From Lepidodermella squamata (lineage: Eukaryota > Animalia > Gastrotricha): a stretch of 64,000 nucleotides of DNA. The notes beneath the pieces were generated by a model that saw nothing but the letters and a program-made list of their open reading frames with translations, did no database searches and had not been told where the DNA came from. Shown piece after piece: positions 50,577 to 60,629 of the stretch; the stretch's first letter is position 1, and each line of letters starts with the position of its first letter. Made by a program: the position numbers and the translations under genes. The DNA is taken from positions 2,790,001 to 2,854,000 of the forward strand of contig JBLDXI010000054.1 of NCBI GenBank assembly GCA_047495785.1. Direction: 5' to 3'.

Positions 50577-50881
50577 AATCACTTCCTCGCACTTTTATCA
50601 TTGTATTTCAGTTTTTGTAAATCGCCCCTTCAGACACGCGTTTTTTGTTGAGCCCATCCGGAAATATTGAAAGTAAAGAATCGACTACGGTTTATCACCG
50701 GATTGTGTTGTTTTATTAAAGCAAAAATACGGGGCACGATTTGTAACCAGTGAACACCAGCTTAAATTGCAAATGAATTATCAATGATTGATAAGCACGC
50801 CGATTACAAAATAATATAAATCCGTCGCAATGGAAATAAGTCACAAGCACGTGCAATGAATGTTTTTAAATCAGCAACTGA

Positions 50882-51621
50882 TTACCACCAGCAACCGTGG
50901 TGGTGGAAACCCCAGCCCATCATCGATCCCATAGCCAAACCAGCTCCGACACCAAGCAGTGGGTCGTAATAGTAGCCAGGGCCATAACCACGGCCATAGT
51001 AATAAGGATGATCGCGTTCAATTATGATAGTTGTAGGTGGTTGCTGAACGTATTGAACTCCGCCTGGGTAGGCATAGCCAGGTGGTGGAGGCGGGTATGC
51101 GTATTGAACTTGCGGCTGGGGTCCGCCTGCAACGTTATGGGGGTACGGGTAGGCCGGGGCTGGTTGGCTAGCCGGACGAGTAACGCGCGCCTGGTCAATG
51201 GCAACGTGCCAAGCAGCTGCGTCATCCCCATTGTCAGCGCTCAGCAAAATTATTTCCTCGCCTGAAAAATTACATAAAAATAAATTAATGAATAGATGCG
51301 TTACTCAGGTCGACTTACCGTTATTGGCTACTAGCTGTAAAAGTGAGTCGATGCTACGACCTTCAGGCGGGGTCGGTGAATTCGGAATATTTTTCCCGCG
51401 ATGCAAAGCAGCCAGGCGACCAGGGAGAACAACAATTTCCTCTGGTTGGTGTTTATCCGGTGATTCGAAGTGGGCCATGTGACCGTTTTGGTACAAGACA
51501 AGCCACGATCGCTTCCAGCGCCGCATAACAGAGCCTGTAACAAGGAGATTAACTAAAAAGAGTATCGAAGGAATAACAACTTACTGAGGCGGTAAATCCA
51601 ACCAGCTCTAGCAATTTCCAT
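50882..51621 (-). CDS. PLEKHB2: PLEKHB/evectin-like PH-domain protein, copy 1
   Basis: MEIARAGWIYRLSSVMRRWKRSWLVLYQNGH PH domain, Pro/Tyr-rich region (PPPPPGY) and a hydrophobic C-terminal tail (LLGVGAGLAMGSMMGW). Confidence 0.75.
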
Positions 51622-51879
51622 GATTAATTCAATAAATATCTAAAATGAAAGATAAAATTCATTGCAATATTTATTTGAAGGGTTCGTGGGAAAAAAATCA
51701 ATATAAACAATTGTGAGATCGTGCACCGAGTTTCAACAAAATTTTCTGAAATAAATTATGAGCAAAATTGAGCAAAAAATAAAACTTAAGTGATTTTGAA
51801 TCTTGTTTGGACGACAATGAGATTATTGCTTCAATTTCGAAGGAATGTCTGTGAGGTTGAGCCCTGAACAAATCGTAAT

Positions 51880-52595
51880 TCAAAAATAGCGACCATCGCG
51901 TTTGCCTAGCATCCAAGTACGAGGAGGATAATAGCTTGAAGCCTGATAGCGATTCGCAAAGTAAAATGGGTTTCGCTGTTCTACAGTGGCATCGCCTAGC
52001 GTGACAGCGTGTGCGGAATCCAATCTTTCCTCGGCATGTTTATCGTTAGGCGAAGGGCCACAGGCCGTTCCTGGTCCATAATAAATTTGAGACGGTCTAG
52101 AACGGTAAGGCAAGTATGACTGTGAAGTCCTAAGCTGGTTGGCTGCGGCGGAATTTGCAGCACGAAGCTTATCCAAAGCTGAGTGCCATGCCATGGCTTC
52201 TTGCAGTGTTTCACCTCCAATCAATGATATTTCTTCTCCTATTAAAGAGTGCTAGCTAACAACCAGCCTGGAATAGTGAAAATGCATCTATACCATCATG
52301 TGCCACAAGTTGAATCAAGCAGTCTCGACTTCTACCCTCAGGTAATACGATAGGACTTGCAATATGGCCGCTGTGAAAGAGGGCACCAAATCTTCCGGGG
52401 AGTATTTTTATGTCATCTGGTTGATTTCTGTCGGGTGATTCATAGAAAGCCAAGTGTCCATTGTTGTATAAAACAAGCCAAGTCCTTTTCCACTGGCGTA
52501 ACAGAGCACCTGTGAATTTTTATGAATGATTCATTCGATAGATGAAAATTCAACAAACTCTGTCGTAAAACCCATCCTGCTTTGATTATTTCCAT
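51880..52595 (-). CDS. PLEKHB-like PH-domain protein, tandem copy 2
   Basis: MEIIKAGWVLRQSALLRQWKRTWLVLYNNGHLAFYESP. Same exon layout as 50882-51621 but a divergent C-terminus. Confidence 0.75.
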
Positions 52596-52917
52596 TCAAA
52601 TAAGGTAACAGCAAGGGCGTGCGGGCTATCCACTCCACTATTCTCTAGTATGATAACTATGAATTAATCACGCTACAAAACGACACTATCACTAGTATGC
52701 TGATGACTTAATCACAATATCAGATACTCGGCATAGGGTCGTAAATGTAATGCACTTTCTAGATAATTCAATGATTCAACGCAGCCCTTTTGGCAGCTCG
52801 GTATCGTTGTTTTTGTTTTTGAAAAAATACCGCTCAAAAAATCAATAATGCCTATTTCACGCTTAATTTATGAAAATAATGATAAACATTTTAAACATTG
52901 TTTTAAGATGAAATTCA

Positions 52918-53334
52918 ATGTTTTATATTTACTTGCCTACGTTTATCGTGACAACGATTTGGTCCGGTCTCGTAGGTTCCTTCTCTTTATGGACAAACCA
53001 ACTGGAGCGCTTTCTACTGCTGCTGAACTGCGCCTTGATTCCATTCGTCATACTTGGTTATATTCTACCCAATCACACTACCTGCCTGTCCTCATACCTT
53101 GGGGACCTCGGATCCCCAAGGAAACAAATTCAATCATTGGGCAGAGAAAAAGCCCCAGTGTCGAAGCCACTCGTCCCAACCACACTACGTTTGAAAGCCT
53201 CCTACTTTCCATCTATTGTTGGATTAATGATTGTTATTATATTTCTTTTTTCTTCAATATCGGGGACAATTTACATCTTTTTTTATCATAGTTGTCCGAA
53301 GCCCCGTTACCCGTCATGCAACTTTTTCTCATGA
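52918..53334 (+). CDS. Orphan 138-aa protein with ~3 TM helices
   Basis: ATG-initiated ORF with three hydrophobic segments, an upstream acceptor-like ttgttttaag, and AATAAA overlapping the stop codon. Confidence 0.5.
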   Translation: MFYIYLPTFIVTTIWSGLVGSFSLWTNQLERFLLLLNCALIPFVILGYILPNHTTCLSSYLGDLGSPRKQIQSLGREKAPVSKPLVPTTLRLKASYFPSIVGLMIVIIFLFSSISGTIYIFFYHSCPKPRYPSCNFFS

Positions 53335-53375
53335 ATAAATTGATTTCCACTGTTATTTAGTTGACTATTGTTACG

Positions 53376-54786
53376 ATGTACAAGTTGGATTTGATTCCCG
53401 ATCACAAGGAGGCGCAGACCATCGAGAGACGCCGGGCTCAAGAAGAAGCCAGAAAATCTCGAGTTTTCAATGCCAAGTACAGAATAATCGGAGTACGTTT
53501 CACCGAATAAGTCGAATAAGATTATTTTAAAATTGGCGTTTTACATAGGTTGACAAGCAAGTCTTAGACAGACAGGTTGAGGACAGAAGTGCGAAGGCGG
53601 AACGAGAGCATCTGCGAGATGAAGCATTCGGTAAGTTATAAGCCCAAAATGACATATTAAAGCAATCACCTTTTGTGGATTTAAGCCTGTGATATGAAGC
53701 GCAATGATCAGCTGGCGCTATTGCTCGAGAGACGAACAGAAGAAGAACGCCGAAGGCTCAACGAATCGCTAAATGAATTTCGCGCTTTACATCAGCAGCC
53801 TCAATCCCGCCGTGAATGGGACCTATATGACCCAGAAGCGCTCAAGAAGGATAAGCCCGCTAGAGTTTCAGATGACGATCCTAGATGCACGGTTTCCGGG
53901 GTGCAAAAATTCGAGGGCGAGGACCAGAATGCTAAAGCCAGAATCGCTATGCAACGCGAGCAAGCTAAGAACTGGTGGGAACAGCAGAAACGTGATAGGG
54001 TAAATTTTTCATGAGGCAAATGTGCTGGAAAATATATTGCTTCATTTTACGTATAGAACTTGAGCAAATGTAACCAAGAGGAAGCCGATCGCCTCTACCA
54101 GCTGAAGATGATTGAACTCGATCAACGCGCTATCGAACTCGCGAAAGCAGAAGAGGAGTGCAGGCGTGCTCTCAATATGGCAAATGGTAAAATTCTCACT
54201 TTTTCTTTGACAGCTTGCTGATAAGTTTTATCTTAGCTAATTACAACGATGCTTTGGCCCGGGAAACGTCCGCTCGCAGGGCGCTACACAAGCAGCAAGA
54301 GCAGGATGATAACATGACTGAATTGGCCAATCAAATCTTCAGTGACCTGCTGTGTGAAAACCCTGGCCAAGCTCGAAGCTTGTGGGGACCTCATCGCGTT
54401 GTTCCAGATCGATGGAAGGGAATGAGTCCCGAACAGTTGGAGGAAATCAGGAAAACTCAAGCTGCTCAGGTTGCGGAGAAACAGGTATGCTGCAATTTGA
54501 GCTAGAATAATTGAATAACTAATTGTATGCCTTTAAGAAACGAGACGAAGAAGCTCGGTTGGAAGCTGAAGAAGCCGATCGCCAGCGACAATTGCAAGCC
54601 CGGGCTGCTATATTGCTCGAACGCGAGGCTGAACGAGCTCGCCGTGAAATTGATCGCCGCGTGGCTGCCGAGAATGCTCGCCTTTCAAAGGAGCAGCAAA
54701 ACTACCAAGAATTTCTCAACAAAGAAGTCTACACAAATCCGCCTACCGCATCTTACTTTATGCAGTGGAACACGACAAGTCGCTAA
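53376..54786 (+). CDS. RIBC2: RIB43A-like ciliary microtubule inner protein
   Basis: Multi-exon. MYKLDL..IERRR..EEARKSRVFNAK.RIIGVD, QQPQSRREWDLYDP, ARVSDDDPRC..SG.QKFEGED, SDLLCENP, DRWKGM, YTNPPT..YFMQWNTTSR. Confidence 0.92.
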
Positions 54787-55081
54787 AGCCATTTTTACTC
54801 AAACTTACTCGCTTACTTATAATATTACCGCCCCTTTAAAAGTTGGAAGACGTGTACAGTTATGTTGTGTGGCTGTTTCTTTATCATTTCCACTAATATT
54901 TTTTCTATGGCTTACATCGATTCCATTTCTGGAATTTGTGATAATTGTGCCGTCCCTTGGAGCTTTAGAAGTGTATTTATCAGTTGAAATTACGGTTACT
55001 CTTGATTTTCTCGTTATAATATCGCGATTTATTCGAATGAAAAACAACAACAATGACCGTCCGATAAATTGACGTGTTTAT

Positions 55082-56227
55082 TCACAGTTCGTAATCGCTT
55101 AAATGATAGTCCTCAGGCAAAGATTCAACAGGCGCGGCTGATATCGTAGCCACCTGATGCTTTGAAGACGGGTCGAAATCCTGCACGTCTTTCCCAGCCA
55201 TTGTCCATCGAACGAATTGATCGATTCGATGAACGATAAATTTTGTTATCATCACTTGAACCGTGCTAACAAAGGCGATGCCGAAAAATATCCAGAGACA
55301 CAGGTAGAGCCTATATAACGGCCTGAGGGACATGTCAACGTTTTGCCCGGCGACGAAATCACCGAAACCTATTGTTGTTAACGTGATATGGGCGTAGTAC
55401 AGGCTCGTTACAAAGCTCCAATTTTCGGTATATTCGAATAGAATTGCTGGCAGCAGGAAAAAAATTGACATGCTGATGAGCGTGAGAATCAGCAGATTTA
55501 AGGTGGATCGAACTCGCAGTTTTTTCGCCAGAGCTCGCGCATGCTCTAAATTTTGTAGAAAAATCGACTTTCGGCGTTGGATAACACCAGGCCGGCACAA
55601 TGACCTAGTTGCGTGCCGAATGCGATTCGCCCAATTGATGAGAAGTTTCTGCATAGAAACAAGGCAAATGCTCATTAACGGCAGGCCGATCGATGCATAA
55701 ATTATGCAAATTATTCGCCCGGTATTTGTTGCCGGCGCGTAATTTCCGTAGCCTATTGTTGACACGACAGTTATGACAAAGAAAAACGCGCCTGATAGGT
55801 CCCATTTAGGAACCGGGGCCGCCGAGAAGCAATACTTCAAAATCGCGTCACTCGTTGTATAATTGCTGTCAATAATCCGCTCAGCAGGTATTTCAATCAA
55901 AATTGAGCCGTTTGAAATTGTCACAACCGTGCCATCAGCGTCGACAAAATTGTTTGACCCTGTTAAACGCTGAGCTGCTTGAATTTGCGATGACAGGTTC
56001 ATTAAGTTTGATATAAAGTTGTCGAATCGTTTGTACTGCTCGCGTTCTTCGGCGATTCGCTGCAGTTCCTGCGGGTGTTCGACCAGGTAGAACGTTAGCA
56101 TGCCGATCATGAGCCATGCGATAAATAGAGTGAAAACAATTATATTACGACGAGTTTTCCTCGAGAGACACGTTTTAGCCGCCGGTGTGAAGCCATGTTC
56201 GGATTTCTCTTGAAGCTGATCGCGCAT
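55082..56227 (-). CDS. Two-pore-domain potassium channel (KCNK family); intronless
   Basis: Four TM segments and two pore loops, TVVSTIGYGN and TLTTIGFGD. The first ATG is at 56227 and the start is uncertain. Confidence 0.9.
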   Translation of the reverse strand: MRDQLQEKSEHGFTPAAKTCLSRKTRRNIIVFTLFIAWLMIGMLTFYLVEHPQELQRIAEEREQYKRFDNFISNLMNLSSQIQAAQRLTGSNNFVDADGTVVTISNGSILIEIPAERIIDSNYTTSDAILKYCFSAAPVPKWDLSGAFFFVITVVSTIGYGNYAPATNTGRIICIIYASIGLPLMSICLVSMQKLLINWANRIRHATRSLCRPGVIQRRKSIFLQNLEHARALAKKLRVRSTLNLLILTLISMSIFFLLPAILFEYTENWSFVTSLYYAHITLTTIGFGDFVAGQNVDMSLRPLYRLYLCLWIFFGIAFVSTVQVMITKFIVHRIDQFVRWTMAGKDVQDFDPSSKHQVATISAAPVESLPEDYHLSDYEL

Positions 56228-57216
56228 TACCCATGCAGTTTGAGTTCGTAAAAAGGGCAAACCAATATATCAGTGTTTTATTGTAAGGAACGACCAGCCA
56301 AACGAGGATAGACGGTGTAATGTATGGAGTAATAAAAATAACGAATAACGCCTTAATGTATGTTTGTTTATTCTGCTCTGAGCTTTTTATTGCTCAAGGG
56401 CGGCGCCGCTGTATACGAATGTCGCATAGTTAAAGAGCGAGCACAGGTTGCTTTATTAGCCATTTTCACACGCTCCGGCCTTCACTATATCCGCCTTTTA
56501 CGCTGAAAGCAGTGGCGGCGAGGCGGAAAACAAGCTATATAGTTTGGGCGTTGCTATATTCTGACCTTGTTTTCCAGGTTCCAGGTAAATATATCATGGT
56601 TGTTGGTGTTACACAGTTGCGGTTTACGGTGAAATGATGAGCCGCGCCGCCACAAGAAAAACAAACTTTGAAGCCATGCCTGCGATTCTATGATAGATGT
56701 TATAATCATTTTATCATCAAATGTACCTAAATTTCATAGGTAAAACGTGGTCATAATTTTCAAAAAAAACCCGTTGCAAGTTTTAATGCCTTTTGTAATA
56801 AATTAAGCCGAGGACTTTCCATTACAGCGTGTCCTATAAAAAACGCAAGCAAAGGAAATACATGGAAAAGGTTAAAAAAAACTCTAAAATAATAGACGAA
56901 GCCACATCTCATGGCCAGAAACATTAAAAAAATCGCTGTTGATGGGATTAAAAATATCCGCAGAAATTTGGTCCGCCCGGGTAAAATACCGTAAATTACC
57001 GAACCAGTTACCATCGGGATTTTCGGATTTCCTCCAGTAACTTTTTTTATTTCTTCGTTAAATCGCGTTTAACAGCTGGGATACACTCTCGGTAGGTTTT
57101 GCGATCCAGGAAAAAATGAAAAGTTCAATTTTGAATCATAATATATTCAAAATTTCAAAATCAAAATTCTTTTCAAAATTTTTCTTACAACTTTGCTCTA
57201 CCTATAAGGATCTTAC

Positions 57217-57485
57217 TTTTAGCGGAACCAAATTTTGGAATTTTCAAAGAGCCTAAAGCCACTTTTTGAAGCTTTCAAGCTTGTCATAATTTAGCAGCAT
57301 AATTTGAAATATATCATCATTAAATTCAGCGTAAAATTCTGTAAAAGTCGCATTCTTCACTATCGGATTCATGCATTGCCTCAATTTCGTAGGAAAATTC
57401 AAAAAGTGACCTTTCGCCTACCTAAAATTAGATTCCGCAAAATGCCGATTTGGTTACGCTACAGTCAAATTTCGTTCCGCTAAAA
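57217..57485. mobile_element. MITE-like element with 19-bp terminal inverted repeats
   Basis: TTTTAGCGGAACCAAATTT ... AAATTTCGTTCCGCTAAAA (18/19 match), with about three ~20-bp subterminal tandem units at the right end. Confidence 0.55.
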
Positions 57486-58608
57486 TAGATATTCTGTTCC
57501 TATAATTGCATCTGAATTTTAATGAGCACCTCATGAATATTTATATTTTCGAACCAATTAAAACTCGCTAGCCTTCGAGAGCTAGAATTTTGATAGTTTT
57601 TTATTGGTACACAAGCACCTTAAAGATATTTTTAGCAATTCAGGGATCTCCTATAACAACGCGGATATTAAGGCTTTCTCTGAATATTTAGAAAAATTTA
57701 GCGCTCGAACCCTAAATTTAGGGTGCGCACTTGTAACACCCAGCAGTTTTCCATTTAATTGCTTACGGATGATGAGAGGATGAGAAATACACTTTTAATT
57801 ATGCGCATTTTATTGTCATTTTCATAATTGGTGACTTTCAATGGCACTTCTAATGCTTAAATGGAGAGAAATTTGAGGCAATCCAATCGTTTACTTTTGT
57901 CTCGCACCAGTTATCTCGACACACGTGTTATCTGATGCAAAGTTTCGTCGAAATCATTGTGTGCTTGGAGACACTGCGCTGATATAAAGCTTCTCCTTAT
58001 CGCGATACTTGAAAATTTTGCGACGAGATCGCGGGACACTGAACAAACCTCTGCTGAATAACAGAACGATTACCAAATGACTTTTGGCTATGATGATAAT
58101 GAGTAAAATATAGGTACACCAAGCAACTGCAGTTGAGCCGAAACCCGGGTTATCGCAGCGAGATTAACGTGTCGCTGCAAATCGCTCGGCACTGGAGGTG
58201 GGGAATGTCAAGGCGGCCAAGATTTGATAATACTACAACCTAGAAACCATTTATCTAGCCTCCTTGAATCAGGCGAGGTATTATTATCGCGACCACTTTA
58301 AACGCTGCTGTTATCGGTGGGAATTATGCCGACCAACCCATTAAGTATATTCGGAAATAAATCCCAAATGCTGTTGAGTTCTTACCCTTTATTATCATCT
58401 TTAGTATTAAATTTACTGATCAATTTTCTCATTTTTCCTGAAAATCTCAGCGAATAAGAATCCATGGGTTATAGATTATAAATTTGATCCTATGAATTGG
58501 TCCATTGAACTTTGAATAGTGTAGAGGAACAATAGGTAATAATTAAAAGCTGATTGATTTTTACAAAAAATGTTATCTTAATTCTTTGAAAATTCGGAAG
58601 GTTCAATT

Positions 58609-58840
58609 AATAGCGGAACCAAATCTTAAACAATTAATTCGTTCAAAACTGCCTTATCTGGAATTTCTGGAATTTCGCGACAACAAAATCCAAATAAATT
58701 ATCAGTACAATACCTGGTCGTCACTTTCACATCACAGTCATGCAATTATTCGAAGTTGGTACCTAACTTTCATTAGTTTGCCATTTGGTTCCGCAACAGT
58801 CAATTTTTGTTCCGCAACGGGCAAATTTGATTCCACTATA
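58609..58840. mobile_element. Second, more degenerate copy of the GCGGAACCAAAT MITE-like family
   Basis: Left end aTAGCGGAACCAAAT; right end has three tandem atttggttccgc-type units, the same layout as 57217-57485. Confidence 0.45.
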
Positions 58841-58989
58841 AAAGATATCCTGGTTCAAAAGCAGGCCATAAGTTTCACAAATATGTCGAGGTTCCTAACA
58901 AGTTCCAAAGCGTTCCTATGATCCTCATTGCAATTTTCTCACGGATCAAAGGACAAGACAGTTGAAACAATAAACCAGAGTATCATTTA

Positions 58990-59054
58990 CAGGGTGGTCA
59001 AAAAAAGGCACAGGGGTATGCGCACTCCTACAGCGCCTTTTTCTGACCACCCTG
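58990..59054. mobile_element. 65-bp Tc1/mariner-type micro-MITE
   Basis: TIRs CAGGGTGGTCAAAAAAAGGC and GCCTTTTTCTGACCACCCTG (19/20). Left flank is TA, right flank is TG. Confidence 0.65.
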
Positions 59055-60629
59055 TGGTGGAATCAATTTATAAAAATTTCAAAACTTTAAGTATCAACCT
59101 GGCGTAATTTTTTCAAAAATTTTACCAACATCAAATCACTCGGAATTTTATGGTTTTTTTATTCAAATTTATTTGAAATTTTGATTATCAATTTACAAAA
59201 TTGCGATTGTTCGAAATTCGGTTTCGCTTAAAGTAGGAGTGGTAAAGAAAATTGTGTGCGCTCTCAGCTCAGTTTTTTGTTCCCCATTTTTTCTTTCACT
59301 TTTCGGTCTAAATAAGGATAAGAAAAAATCTGTCCGTTCATTTATTGACTTCTGATTGGCAGATCGCGCCCAGTTAACGCAGTCTCGAGATTGAGCGCTA
59401 CTGATAAACACGCGACAGCAGGTGTCGATGGCGACCGCAAAATCGCACACCTGCTGATGAGAGATGCCATCGCACTTTTAGGGGCACCCTGCTTGTCACG
59501 CGATTTCGTCGAGTGTTCTCAATTTTTGCGACAAGTCGTCAGCGCAAAGTACAGGTTCGTCTTATCGCTTGTATTAAAAGGTGGCTTGTTATCTCTTATA
59601 ACCTACTTTATAGCGCTTTAATGTCCCTTGCTCGTTCAACATAGGTAGGTAGGTATTTTTGCTTTTACATCGCGATAAAAATCGTCAACACACAAAACCG
59701 TTGTCGCGCATCCGCTTCGCGTTAACACACAACACATTAAACAACCGAAACCTAAATAGATAACCAACTTGCACGTTGGAGCGGAAACGCGAAAGATAGT
59801 AAGTAAGCTGTGACATAAATGGCGATCCATACCCGAATTAACTGTTTGCTTAACAATATTATTTATATTATTATTATTATATTATTATGCAAGAATAATA
59901 ATAATGACTAAGTTGTTTCCATGCAGCCTGCCAACATTTTGTTGAAAAAGAACTCCTTATCGGCATTTTATCTACGCGGCATCAGGCAAATAAACTGGTG
60001 GTAATTGATAAACGAGCGCGCGCTACATTTCGCTCGCTGCGTTTTAATGTTCAATTTGTCGTCTCTCAATTACAGCTCTCCGGCGGTCTACAGGTAGTTG
60101 ACACGCGCTTCGTTCGAACGACTTTATAATATACTACTAATAATTTAATTTGTCAACCCCGCGAGACACTATACAGCAGCTCTCATCATCGAGCCGCATC
60201 GCCATCATTATCTCTGCTATGTTACAAGTTGGCTGTACAACAAATTTGCTAGCTATTATCAGCTATTAATTTTGTTGTATAAGTCAGCCAGCAGCAGTAA
60301 GTCGTCGAGCTATACATTTCTTAACTATGTGTCGTATCTCGCCTTGATTGTTTTCGTGCTTCAAACTGATAGCGAAATACTTGCTCGCGCGCGCGAAAAA
60401 CTCAAATAATTTATTCCTTGAAATGAAGCGCGCTATTTTTTCAGTCATTTTACAGATTTTGCTGCTCGTCCAAGCGTGGCGCGGGGTTAAATAGCCAGGG
60501 AATTTTAGGCGATTTTTCCTATATTTTCTGGGACATTTCTTATGTTGGTTTAATTTATTCTTAGATTTATTCTGAATTTTCTCGAAATTAAAATGTGCGA
60601 GTTTGCGTGATTGATTTAATTACTAATTA

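Noticed and set aside
52848-53291. 147-aa ORF overlapping the orphan 3-TM ORF
   Set aside because: It is an alternative frame that starts upstream of the acceptor-like site and has no domain pattern. The 52918-53334 frame fits the acceptor and polyA signals better.
54527-55072. 181-aa ORF overlapping the end of RIBC2
   Set aside because: It is an alternative frame of the RIBC2 last exon running into the 3' UTR, with no independent support.
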